This document shows, piece after piece, positions 47,285-56,601 of a stretch of DNA of 64,000 bases (its first letter is position 1; each line of letters starts with the position of its first letter). This stretch comes from Comamonadaceae bacterium (GTDB taxonomy: Bacteria; Pseudomonadota; Gammaproteobacteria; Burkholderiales; Burkholderiaceae_C). The stretch is taken from NCBI GenBank assembly GCA_037139995.1, contig JBAXFI010000001.1, positions 18,381 to 82,380 of the forward strand, written 5' to 3'. The position numbers were made by a program, and so were the translations under genes. A model generated the notes under the pieces. The model had not been told where the DNA came from, did no database searches, and was given only the letters and a program-made list of their open reading frames with translations.

Positions 47285-50200
47285 CGAATGATCTCCGAAT
47301 CACAATTGGCAACCACGCGCGCAATGCGGCTCTTCAGTTCAGCGGTGACCTTGACCTTGGCCAAAGCACCCGGAATCAGTTGCGCCACATCCTTGCTCTC
47401 ACCGTCGACCACAACACGCGTCTTCTCGAACAGTTCCGGCAAATCCTGGTAGCAGGTCTTGCAGTCGGTGCACTTCACCTGGTCGGCAACGTCGTAAGTC
47501 ACCAGCGCATCCGCCACGGCCGTGGCCGCGCCGGCAGGAGCAGCGGCGCCGGCCACCGGCGTGATGGGAATCGTGCGCGCGGCAGCCACCGGCGCTTTGC
47601 TGGAGGCAGCGAGCTCCGACATAGCACGGGCAAAGGTATCAAGCGAGGAGTCGCGCAGGGTCACCGAATTCTGGTACTGCGCTTGCAAGGACTCGATGTC
47701 GGCGCGGTGACTCTCGTCGAGTTTGGCCACATGCTGACCATCGAGGAACTGCAGCAGATGCCAGTACTTGCGACGCTCTTCGACCAGCGCCACGATGGCT
47801 TGGGTCACTTCAATTTTCTGCAGGCGCTTCTTCGCGTCGGTGGACCAGATGAAGGGCTTGATGCCCTGCCGATCATCCTTGGCCAAGTCAACGTAGGCCT
47901 CCACCGGCATCGCGTTGACCTCGTCCGCGCCCAGCTTGTGGAACTGCTTCTTGAAGCGGATTTCACCCAGCGCAAAGTGCGCCGGTGTCAGCGCCGTGCT
48001 CAAGAGCTTGAGCTGGCCCGCATCGTCAATGTATTCCAGCGTACTGCTGGCCCAGGTCTTCTCGGGTTCCGGGTTGCCTTCAAGTGAGAACCAGTCGTGC
48101 AGGTTGCTGCCACGGCGCGGGTCATGCACAAACACCGGATTCATGCGGCTCTGCACTGCCAGACGCGAGCGCTCGGATGAGGCTGCATCGCCAATGCCGT
48201 GCTCACCCTGACACGGCGTGTAGACGTCCATCAACGCCGGGCCATCGGTGTAGGTGAGGCACTCCATGGTGTTCTTCAAAAAGTGTCCCTGCAGCGAAGT
48301 GCTGGTGGCGCAGACGAACACATTGGAATGGAAGGCCGCTATCAGGCCGAGTTCCTTGCGCGACTCCTGCTTGCCGCTGGCCGCACTGCCATAGCGCGCC
48401 AGATCGGAGTCCTGCCCGATGAAGCTCGATGTCGAAGCCTGCCCGCCGGTATTGGAATACGAGCCGGTATTGAGCACCAGCACCTTGAGCGGCGTGCCGC
48501 TCATCAGGATGCGCGAGAGTGCGCCAAAACCGATATCGTAGGTGGCACCGTCGCCACCGACCGTGATCACCGTGGGCATCAGGCCCAGTTCGGCCACACT
48601 GAACTGCTCCCAGGACAGCATGCGCAGGGCCTGCTCATGCGTCTTGGCGTCGTAGGCGTCGGCCAGCTCCAGCCGGGCCACACGCTGCGCGCGCACATCG
48701 GCTACGGTCTGCGCAGCAATACCCTCGAAGATGCCCTTGGCGAGAGGCTGCGCGTCCTGGAACAGGCTGTTGACCCAGGGATCGTTGTAGCAGTTGAACG
48801 GGAAAGTGGACGCGTAAACGCTGCTGCAGCCGGTGGAGTTGGCCACAACAGCACCGGACGGGCCGTTGCCGCTGGGGCCGCTCTCGAACACATAGAGGCG
48901 CTTCTCCAAGGTATCGATCAGTGCGCCAAGGCGCTGTGCCCGCTCGGCGTCGGTGCCGGCAACGGCCGCCTGTTTGGCGCCAAGGTCGGCAATCAGGGCT
49001 TCGAGTTCATGAATGTGGTCGCGCTGGCGTTTGCTGGTGATGGCCTGGTTGGTAGCCATGACCAGCCGGATGGCCGTCACTTCGCCGCAGCCGCGGCAAG
49101 CACCATGACCGCCGGTGGTGGAATAGTAGTTGGAAGGGTCCAGCAGCAGACGTTTGATTTCGCCGTCGGGCTTGATGGCACCGTCGACAAAGCGCGCTGG
49201 TGTGTGGGGCAGTTTGCCCATGAAATCAAAGCGCTGCTGCACGGTTTGCAGTACAGCCGCGTCCTGATCGCGCGCCACCAAAGCGCCCGGACCACAAACC
49301 TCGATGCACTCCAGGCAACCGGTGCACTTCCAGGGGTCTATGTTGGCCGCGAACAATCCGCCACTGCCAGCCTTGGCCTTTTCCATGGCGTCAAAGAAGG
49401 GCCGTGTGCGCGCCACTGCGTACAGCGCCAGCACGTCAATCAGCTTGTTGACATTGCGCAGCAGGGTCACGTTGTCGGTTTCCAGATGCGTCGCGGCATC
49501 GGCCAGCAGCTCGTGCAAGGCTCGTGCCTCCTTGCTCTGGCGATAACTCTCACGCACCGCTTCGGACAGAGCGTAGGCGTGACCACGCATCGCCTCGGCC
49601 TGCGTCGCCGTGATGTCGAGTTCCGTGATGCCGCCCAGCAGCAAGTCGTGAATCTCGTGCACCACATTCGGAATGGCGGCGTCCGGGCAGACCAGCGCGC
49701 ATTCCATGCAACCAGTGCACAGCTCGGGCTTGAACTCCGGCACAGTGCGCCGGAACAGCCCCTTGTCTTTGGCACCTGCGCTGCCCGCCGGCATGAACAG
49801 GCCCGTGCCTGGCAAAACCGGAGCTTCCCCCAAGGCGCCCTCGCGGAACGGTTTGAGCACCATGTCGTCGTAGTACTCGGCGTCGAACATGCCGGCGCAG
49901 CCCGACGGGCCGGCGCTCTGGCACTGCGCGGCCGATTGCGACACGCTGTAGATCGGAATCGTGGCCGGCCGGCTCTCGATGCTGGTGAAGGCCGGCAGGT
50001 CGTAATCGACCTTTTGCGTGGCCTCGATGCCCTCGCGGATCACAGCCATATTGCCATCGGTCACGGCGCCGCCCTTGCCGCCGAATTTCTTCGAAATCTG
50101 CTGCCGCACTTTCTCCAGAATCGTCGCCGCATCGGCACCAGCTGACACCTGGTGCACGTGGCCGGAGACGGCGCCGATAAAGGCGATGCCCATCATGCGG

Positions 50201-52263
50201 GTGGCCAGTTCCGGTGTCGGCGCATTCTTCTTGGCCACAGCAAAAGCGTCGATGATGAAGAAGCGAATTTTCCTGTCGCGGATGGTCTGGCGCGCCTTGA
50301 CCGGCAGCTCTGCCCAGACCTCTTCGGCGCTGGCGTTGGACTGCAGGATGAAGGTACCGCCCGCCACGAGCCCGAGCAGCGGATTGGTGTGGCTGAAGAC
50401 CTTGTGGTCGGGCGCAATGACGACCTCAACGTCTTCCAGTTCGGCGTTGGTGATCTTGACCGGTTCCGGACTCAGCGTGATGTAGTAATTGGTAGGCGCG
50501 CCGCTCTTCTCGGATCCATACTTGGGTGCCGATTTGGAGTGCATACCGAGCACGCCGGCCAGGATGTCGGTCAGCAATTTGCCCGAGGCAATCGTGCCGT
50601 AGCCACCGATGGAATGAAAGCGCACGCGAAAGCCCGCGTCCGGCAGCAGCTTGGGATTGGGCTGCGTCTGCAGCGCCATCGGCTCGGTTTCGGGATAGGC
50701 GGTCTTCAGTCGCTGCAGCATTTCGGAGACGCGCGGTGTCGCCGTATCAGAGAAGAACTGGGAACCCAGATAAATCAGCGGCACCAGCTTGCCGTCTTCC
50801 ATGTTCTTGAAGGCGGCGATCAGATGGCGCGGTTGCAGGTCGTGCCCGCCCAAGCCAAAGATGGCAGTGGTCAGCATCGGGCTCTGGGCGAGCGCCGGGA
50901 TGCCGGCGTGGCGCATCTGGCTGGCGTTCTCGCCCGCCTTGAACAGGGCCTGCGTGACAAAGCTGGTGAGCGCGGTCTGGTCCGAGCGCTCCAGCACGGT
51001 CACTGCCTTCTTGCCCTTGAGCGCCTCCACCAGTTCGGCCTCCGGGAACGGTTGCAGCAGCTTGATGGCCACCAGGCCGACCTTTTTTCCCTGTCGGCGC
51101 AGGTGACTCACCACCGCTTCCACGTCATCCGTGACCGAGCCCAAGCCCACCATCACGTAATCGGCGTCCTCGCACATGAAGGTCTGCACCGGGCTGTACT
51201 TGCGCCCACTCAACTCGGCGTACTCAGTCATTGCCTGACGCACGATGGCCGGCACAGCGACAACAAAATGGGTGCGGTGATCGACCGCTCCAGCCTGAAA
51301 ATCGGGCTGGTTCTGAACCGCACCGGTGAGACCCGGATTGTTCACATCGACCAGCGCCGGTACCAGTTGACGCGTGCCTTTCTCGAAGGCGTTGAGCCAC
51401 TGGCGCTTCCAGGCGCCGTGCAGTTCTTCAGGCAGCCAGTCCAGCGTCTTGGCAACCAGCTTGCAAGCGTTGTCGGACTCGACGTTGACAGCGTTGCTGA
51501 TCAAATAGGCTTGCAGCTTGGCGAACTTGTCTGGTGTCAGGTCGGCCTGACGCCGAACCAGGTATTGCTGCAACTGCACCACCCTGCCCTTGGCACCGTA
51601 CAGCATCTCCTGCGCCAGAGTCGGCGCCTTGATGCGCCCGGCCGGGTCACCCAGGTACTCACGCAGCAAAGCCGGCTCGGGCATCAGCGCCTCGCTCATC
51701 ATGTGGCTGGTGGCAAAACCGTCCATGGCGTTGGCCACCGGAATCAGCGACAGCGATGCGACGCGGTAGGAAATGGCCGCCAGATCGGCCGCTTCCTGCG
51801 GGTTGGAACCAAACAGAATCGTATACCCGGAAGACAGCAGCGAATACACGTCGTCATGCCCGGCCATCACGTTGAGCGAATGCTTCGAGACCACACGCGC
51901 GGCCACCTGCAGCACAAAGCCGCCGACCTTCTTGCCCACGGTGACGTAATGCGATTCGAGCGCGTACAGGATGCCCTGGCTTGATGAGGCGTTAGAGATG
52001 AACTGGCCCCCGGTCAGTGCCGCACCGAGCGCGCCGCTCTGCGCCGAATGCTCACCTTCGGGTTCAAAAAAGAACGGATGCTTGCCGAAGACATTGACGC
52101 CGCCCTCGGCACGAAATGCTTCGTAGATTTCGGCGATCTCGGTGGAGGGTGTAATCGGGTAGCCGATCACGCCGCCACAAACCTGGCTCATGACGTAGGC
52201 GACTGCGCCGTTGCCATGGATCACGTTGGGGATGCCGGGGTACTTCGTTGTCTTGGCTTTCAT
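47281..52263 (-). CDS. Large pyruvate/2-oxoacid:ferredoxin oxidoreductase (NifJ-type) with a C-terminal ferredoxin-like domain
   Basis: GYPITPS, GLGGHD, KYGSEKSG, CTGCMECALVCP, CTGCLECIEVC, GACRGCGE, TGCSSVY, GGDGATYDIG..YSNTGGQ, C-terminal CTDCKTC...C. Confidence 0.92.
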   Translation of the reverse strand: MKAKTTKYPGIPNVIHGNGAVAYVMSQVCGGVIGYPITPSTEIAEIYEAFRAEGGVNVFGKHPFFFEPEGEHSAQSGALGAALTGGQFISNASSSQGILYALESHYVTVGKKVGGFVLQVAARVVSKHSLNVMAGHDDVYSLLSSGYTILFGSNPQEAADLAAISYRVASLSLIPVANAMDGFATSHMMSEALMPEPALLREYLGDPAGRIKAPTLAQEMLYGAKGRVVQLQQYLVRRQADLTPDKFAKLQAYLISNAVNVESDNACKLVAKTLDWLPEELHGAWKRQWLNAFEKGTRQLVPALVDVNNPGLTGAVQNQPDFQAGAVDHRTHFVVAVPAIVRQAMTEYAELSGRKYSPVQTFMCEDADYVMVGLGSVTDDVEAVVSHLRRQGKKVGLVAIKLLQPFPEAELVEALKGKKAVTVLERSDQTALTSFVTQALFKAGENASQMRHAGIPALAQSPMLTTAIFGLGGHDLQPRHLIAAFKNMEDGKLVPLIYLGSQFFSDTATPRVSEMLQRLKTAYPETEPMALQTQPNPKLLPDAGFRVRFHSIGGYGTIASGKLLTDILAGVLGMHSKSAPKYGSEKSGAPTNYYITLSPEPVKITNAELEDVEVVIAPDHKVFSHTNPLLGLVAGGTFILQSNASAEEVWAELPVKARQTIRDRKIRFFIIDAFAVAKKNAPTPELATRMMGIAFIGAVSGHVHQVSAGADAATILEKVRQQISKKFGGKGGAVTDGNMAVIREGIEATQKVDYDLPAFTSIESRPATIPIYSVSQSAAQCQSAGPSGCAGMFDAEYYDDMVLKPFREGALGEAPVLPGTGLFMPAGSAGAKDKGLFRRTVPEFKPELCTGCMECALVCPDAAIPNVVHEIHDLLLGGITELDITATQAEAMRGHAYALSEAVRESYRQSKEARALHELLADAATHLETDNVTLLRNVNKLIDVLALYAVARTRPFFDAMEKAKAGSGGLFAANIDPWKCTGCLECIEVCGPGALVARDQDAAVLQTVQQRFDFMGKLPHTPARFVDGAIKPDGEIKRLLLDPSNYYSTTGGHGACRGCGEVTAIRLVMATNQAITSKRQRDHIHELEALIADLGAKQAAVAGTDAERAQRLGALIDTLEKRLYVFESGPSGNGPSGAVVANSTGCSSVYASTFPFNCYNDPWVNSLFQDAQPLAKGIFEGIAAQTVADVRAQRVARLELADAYDAKTHEQALRMLSWEQFSVAELGLMPTVITVGGDGATYDIGFGALSRILMSGTPLKVLVLNTGSYSNTGGQASTSSFIGQDSDLARYGSAASGKQESRKELGLIAAFHSNVFVCATSTSLQGHFLKNTMECLTYTDGPALMDVYTPCQGEHGIGDAASSERSRLAVQSRMNPVFVHDPRRGSNLHDWFSLEGNPEPEKTWASSTLEYIDDAGQLKLLSTALTPAHFALGEIRFKKQFHKLGADEVNAMPVEAYVDLAKDDRQGIKPFIWSTDAKKRLQKIEVTQAIVALVEERRKYWHLLQFLDGQHVAKLDESHRADIESLQAQYQNSVTLRDSSLDTFARAMSELAASSKAPVAAARTIPITPVAGAAAPAGAATAVADALVTYDVADQVKCTDCKTCYQDLPELFEKTRVVVDGESKDVAQLIPGALAKVKVTAELKSRIARVVANCDSEIIR

Positions 52264-52468
52264 AATTCTGCGTCCATGAGTTAACGGTTAATCGCAAGGC
52301 CCACCCTGGATGAACTCATAGCCCGGTCGAACACTTTCCGGCCGAAGACAGCTAAGCGGAAAAACACTCACCCCAAATGGGAAAACGAGAGGCTAGGCTC
52401 CTCGCATATTTTGGCGAATGAATAGTAGCACCACTATGTGATAAAAAAGCCGCTGCACATGCTATCTA

Positions 52469-52482
52469 TTGACGTGCATCAA
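52469..52482 (-). promoter_or_regulatory. FNR-type box upstream of the PFOR-Nfn operon
   Basis: TTGAT-GCAC-GTCAA on the minus strand, one mismatch to TTGAT-N4-ATCAA, in the AT-rich gap upstream of an O2-sensitive enzyme. Confidence 0.65.
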
Positions 52483-52527
52483 GCCTTCAACGACATCCCA
52501 CGGCACAAGCCCGCATAACAGCGGCTG

Positions 52528-52812
52528 TCAAGCCTGAACGGTGATAATCCTGTCGAAACCGCTAATCTTGATGACTTCCAGAATCGCCGGCTTCGGCGCA
52601 GTCAGAACCAGTTTTCCGCCTCTGGCTTTTGCGGCTTTCGCAACAACCAGCAAGACGCGCAGCCCGGCGCTGCTGACATAGTCGAGCTCCGACAAATCCA
52701 TAGTGATCGAATTGACATCGTCAACCAGCAAAGCCAGCAAAGCTTTTTCGGCGGCACCTGCGGTGGCGGTATCCAGACGGCCGGTGGACTTGTAGGTAAC
52801 GCTAGTGTTCAT
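52528..52812 (-). CDS. STAS-domain anti-sigma antagonist (RsbV/SpoIIAA/BtrV-like)
   Basis: GRLD, DLSELDYVSSAGLRVLL containing the phosphoacceptor Ser, ISGFD. Confidence 0.92.
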   Translation of the reverse strand: MNTSVTYKSTGRLDTATAGAAEKALLALLVDDVNSITMDLSELDYVSSAGLRVLLVVAKAAKARGGKLVLTAPKPAILEVIKISGFDRIITVQA

Positions 52813-52895
52813 GTTACGAAATCTTGCTAATAGATGTGCTCATGTTATAGCAGTTTTATCGGAGCCCGCTGAGATGGACGCTATAGAATTTAAGA

Positions 52896-53312
52896 ATGTC
52901 AGGGAAACTCACACTCGAAGGCGACGCAGACATGGCCCATCTGGCAGTGCTGCTGGATGACGTCGAGAGTTTTAGTCAGAGCCAGAATTGGCCCGCGGAT
53001 GTGGCGGCGCAAGTGCGCCTGGCACTGGAAGAGGTTATCGTCAATGTCATGTCTTATGGATCGCTCGGGCAGGACGCGCCGCACTTGAAGATTGATCTGA
53101 CACAAAAGGAATCGCAGCTCCAGATAGAGGTCGCCGACAACGGAATTGCCTTCGACCCCCTTCAGATCGCGCCGCCCAAGCTGGATGCCGCGCTGGAAGA
53201 AAGGGAAATCGGGGGCTTGGGAATTTTTCTGGTTTTCCAACTGATGGACAGCGTCAGCTACCAGCGCAGGGGCGATTGGAACCTGCTGTCAATGAGCAAG
53301 TCGCTGCTTTGA
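52896..53312 (+). CDS. RsbW/SpoIIAB/BtrW-like Ser kinase (HATPase_c)
   Basis: LEEVIVNVMSYG N-box, DNGIAFDP, IGGLGIFLV. Confidence 0.92.
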   Translation: MSGKLTLEGDADMAHLAVLLDDVESFSQSQNWPADVAAQVRLALEEVIVNVMSYGSLGQDAPHLKIDLTQKESQLQIEVADNGIAFDPLQIAPPKLDAALEEREIGGLGIFLVFQLMDSVSYQRRGDWNLLSMSKSLL

Positions 53313-53333
53313 CCGCTGGCCAATCCGCAGCAG

Positions 53334-54293
53334 CTAAAGGTCTATTTCAAGGCCGTCGTAGGCCGTTACGACCGCCAGTTCAGCGTCACTGCGGGTGAGC
53401 GCTTCGAGTCGGCGCGACTGGTCCAGAACACCGGCAATTTTGGCATCGTCATAGGCCGGCTCGTGGTGAAACATGCAAAGGCGCCTGGCCTTGGCGGCCT
53501 GGCACAGTTCGATCCCCACCATGTTGCTGGAATGCCCCCAGTCGGCGCGCACCGAAACGGCATCGGCCAATGAGTACATGGCATCGAACACCACCAGATC
53601 CGCGTCGCGAAAAAAGTCGATATACGGGTCCAGCGCCATCTGGTTGTCGAGCTTGTGCTCTGAATCCGTCGAGTAAACCATGGCCTTGCCATGGCGCTCG
53701 AAACGCCAACCGAACGAGTCACCCGAATGAAGCTGCAGCAGCGCCGCTACCGAGTAACCAGCGATTTCATAGTGCTGTCCCGGCCGCAACAGGTCGAACT
53801 CGATTTGTGCCGACAGGGCGTCAAACTCGACGGGAAAACACGGCGGTGATTGCTGCCGCCGAAAAGCCAGTTCAGCCTGGGCATGGCAGGTATGGATGAC
53901 GATACGATTGCCAGGTATGTATACCGGGGTAAAGAAAGGGAAGCCCATGATATGGTCCCAATGCAGGTGGGACATGAAAACATGGTAGGTCTGCGGCGAA
54001 CCGGGCGGGAACTGCCGCAAATAGTCAACCCCCAGGGGCCGAGCACCCGAACCGAAATCCAGGAACACATGACCTGCTCCCTCCGACTCCAGCTGCACGC
54101 AACTGGAGTGACCACCATACGTGCCTCTGATTTCAAAAGGCAGTTGGGAGTCAACAAACGCCTCCACGTCTTGCCTTCGATTCAAGCCCTGATCTATCGC
54201 CGCATTGAGCGCTGCCACCACTTTCGCGCGAGTTTGCTCAGCGGTCAGCGAGATCGGAATAGACCCCCGGGTACCCCAGAAACGGACCTTCAT
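53334..54293 (-). CDS. MBL-fold metallo-hydrolase (RNase Z/phosphodiesterase-like group)
   Basis: MKVRFWGTRGSIP start, SHLHWDHIMGFPFF, STDSEH, FDAMY, WGHSS, FHHEP. Confidence 0.88.
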   Translation of the reverse strand: MKVRFWGTRGSIPISLTAEQTRAKVVAALNAAIDQGLNRRQDVEAFVDSQLPFEIRGTYGGHSSCVQLESEGAGHVFLDFGSGARPLGVDYLRQFPPGSPQTYHVFMSHLHWDHIMGFPFFTPVYIPGNRIVIHTCHAQAELAFRRQQSPPCFPVEFDALSAQIEFDLLRPGQHYEIAGYSVAALLQLHSGDSFGWRFERHGKAMVYSTDSEHKLDNQMALDPYIDFFRDADLVVFDAMYSLADAVSVRADWGHSSNMVGIELCQAAKARRLCMFHHEPAYDDAKIAGVLDQSRRLEALTRSDAELAVVTAYDGLEIDL

Positions 54294-54310
54294 GGCAAAG
54301 CCTTTCTCAT

Positions 54311-54967
54311 TTAATGTGGTGCGGGCCCCAGGCGCGCAGCAAGCTGCGCCCTGGTCCATTGCATCAAGCGGGTCAAAGGGTAGCAAAAAAGGAAAAAACA
54401 AACACAGGCGTACAAATAGACCGGAAACATCAGGCGAGTATTGCCGGTGGCATTGATGACCGTGTTGCAACGGCTGACCAACTCACTCACACCAATGATC
54501 GAAGCGGTGCTGGAGGCGATCACAATGATCAACATGTAACTCGTCCAGTTGGGTAGAAAGAGGAGCGCTGCTGCATGATCTCCCTTGCGCCAATCATGCA
54601 AGGTTGTGGTCAGATTGTCAGAGGTAAACCCAATCACTGCCATGGCCAGGGCCAGCGATGCGTTCAGCCAGCCCGGAAAGCCGAGCGTGATCGAGGTGCC
54701 GGGCAAGACAAATTCGCTGGGCAACATGAAGACCAGGTAAAACTGGAAAACAATGGTGGGCACATTGCGCGTGAGCTCGGTCAGCAGCAAACTGGTCTTC
54801 ACGCGCCGCGGACGACTGGACAGTCTGAGCAGAGCCAGTCCCCAACCCAGCCCCGTTCCGATGACCATCGCGAGCGATGCAATCAGGATGTTCAGGCTGA
54901 AGCCCGTCAGCAGGAAAGGCGTCCAGGTGATCAACTCTCGCAGCACGTCCAGGCCAGGGAGATTCAT
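54311..54967 (-). CDS. Polar amino acid ABC-type permease with the EAA loop shortened or absent
   Basis: GFSLNILIA, RNVPTIV, SSTASIIGVSEL, YFxxCYPL-like tail; ATGA overlap with the upstream gene. Confidence 0.8.
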   Translation of the reverse strand: MNLPGLDVLRELITWTPFLLTGFSLNILIASLAMVIGTGLGWGLALLRLSSRPRRVKTSLLLTELTRNVPTIVFQFYLVFMLPSEFVLPGTSITLGFPGWLNASLALAMAVIGFTSDNLTTTLHDWRKGDHAAALLFLPNWTSYMLIIVIASSTASIIGVSELVSRCNTVINATGNTRLMFPVYLYACVCFFLFCYPLTRLMQWTRAQLAARLGPAPH

Positions 54968-56601
54968 TGGCTCATTCCCAGCAACTTGCGCTCCAGCAGC
55001 TTCAGCACGCGAACCGTTGCAAAGATGAGCAACAGGAACGTCAACAGCAGCACATTCATCATTACGCCAACGTTGCCGTTCTCCGTCATGACGGTGGTAG
55101 CAACCGAGAGGAGTTCGGGCACAGCGACAGCAGAGGCCATCATGGTCGCTTTCGATACATTGATCAATGCCGCCGTAACGTGGCCACTGCTGGTTGCGAC
55201 GAGCTCACGCATGTTTCCCCAACGCAACTGGAAAACCGGATTCGCTTGACGCTGGACATCCGCTGCGAACAGGAGCGCCGTCGTGATGCTTGAGCCGGTG
55301 TAAAAACTCAGGCACCACACCACAACCGCAAAGGGCGACACGCTGAAGCCGTAAGTCGTCATCAGCATGGACCCCAATCCAAACAGCAACAGGTACATCA
55401 CCAACAGCGGCGGCGTCATGCGTCCAACCACGCTGGCGATCCAGATCAGTCTGCTTATGACGAGCACTTTGGCCTCAGCCAGCAAGGCACCCAGCACACC
55501 CAGAAACAGGCTGCCAGAAACACAAAGCAGCATCAACAAGACCGTTGTACCCAAACCCAACAGGAAACGCGTGCGATCGTATTCGTCATAAATGAGGCTC
55601 AGATCCAGACCAGTATTCTCTTTGAACCAAAGACCCAGGCGACGTAGGCCCGTGGTATCTGTTGAGTTGAGAAAGACAGGATTCCTGCAAACACTGGGCC
55701 AATGGCCCGAGACTTCGCGCTCGCACAAGGGCTTGCCGCTGGCATCAAGTTTTTTCCACAGGGCATGGGTGTCTGCCAGGAATGTCGATGCCGGCAGGCC
55801 CCACACCTTTTCACGCTGAATTGCAAATCCGCTGCGATGCCAATCGGCCACAATGTCGCCCAGCAGGCGCTCGAACTCGGAACCGGCTTCCCGGCGCGCA
55901 ATGGCAATTGCCCAGGGTGTCCCAAGCACCGGGGCCAACGGCGCCTTGAATCCAGCCCATTCCGGCAACCGGAGATCGCCTTGAATGGCCGTGTTGTCGA
56001 ACAGATAACCGATGCAGCGCCTGTCCTTGACTGCGAGTTTGGCATCTCTGGCGCTATTGAACATCTGCAGTTCCAGCAGGTAGCGTTGCGCCATGATCCG
56101 GTTGAAGTAGCTACCTTGCGTGGCACACACCTTCTTGCCACGGGTTTCCGACCAGTCATTGATGTTCTGCTCAGGCGGCATGAACAAGGTGACGCCAGAG
56201 GAGTAATAGTTGGGTTCGATCATGGTGACGATCTTGCGACGTTCTGCCGTGTCCCCAGTCGTCGACAGCAGCATGTCAACGCTGCCCTCCTCAAGCTTTT
56301 GCAGGCGGTTGGCCCCTGAGACTGCCACCTTGGTCAGACTGACACCCAGTCGCCTGGCGATGTCTTGCGCCAGGTCATGCTCAAAGCCTTCGGAGGCCCC
56401 ACTGGCATTGAGAAAACCAAACGGGGGATAGTCCGTCTTGACCCCAACGATCAGGCTGCCACGTTGCTTGACCAGAGCCAGTCGCTCACTGCTGCGTGGT
56501 GCCTCGACTGGCCCGGCAAATGATCCGCCCACCCACAAAATGGCGACCAGCGCCAGCATCCAGGCACCTGCCTTGCGCAGGAAATGATGGAAATCCGTCA
56601 T
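54964..56601 (-). CDS. Fused substrate-binding (family 3) + amino-acid-ABC-type permease protein
   Basis: Signal peptide; GVKTDYPPFG, GFEHDLA, PNYYSSG; then GLGTTVLL, RMTPPLL, KATMMASAVAVPELL. Start 56601 overlaps the methyltransferase stop (ATGA). Confidence 0.85.
   Translation of the reverse strand: MTDFHHFLRKAGAWMLALVAILWVGGSFAGPVEAPRSSERLALVKQRGSLIVGVKTDYPPFGFLNASGASEGFEHDLAQDIARRLGVSLTKVAVSGANRLQKLEEGSVDMLLSTTGDTAERRKIVTMIEPNYYSSGVTLFMPPEQNINDWSETRGKKVCATQGSYFNRIMAQRYLLELQMFNSARDAKLAVKDRRCIGYLFDNTAIQGDLRLPEWAGFKAPLAPVLGTPWAIAIARREAGSEFERLLGDIVADWHRSGFAIQREKVWGLPASTFLADTHALWKKLDASGKPLCEREVSGHWPSVCRNPVFLNSTDTTGLRRLGLWFKENTGLDLSLIYDEYDRTRFLLGLGTTVLLMLLCVSGSLFLGVLGALLAEAKVLVISRLIWIASVVGRMTPPLLVMYLLLFGLGSMLMTTYGFSVSPFAVVVWCLSFYTGSSITTALLFAADVQRQANPVFQLRWGNMRELVATSSGHVTAALINVSKATMMASAVAVPELLSVATTVMTENGNVGVMMNVLLLTFLLLIFATVRVLKLLERKLLGMSQ

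Noticed and set aside
53334-54293. MBL-fold gene as an antibiotic-resistance beta-lactamase or an anti-phage effector
   Set aside because: There is no signal peptide, the motifs fit the cytoplasmic RNase Z/phosphodiesterase-like group, and the context is signalling rather than defence.
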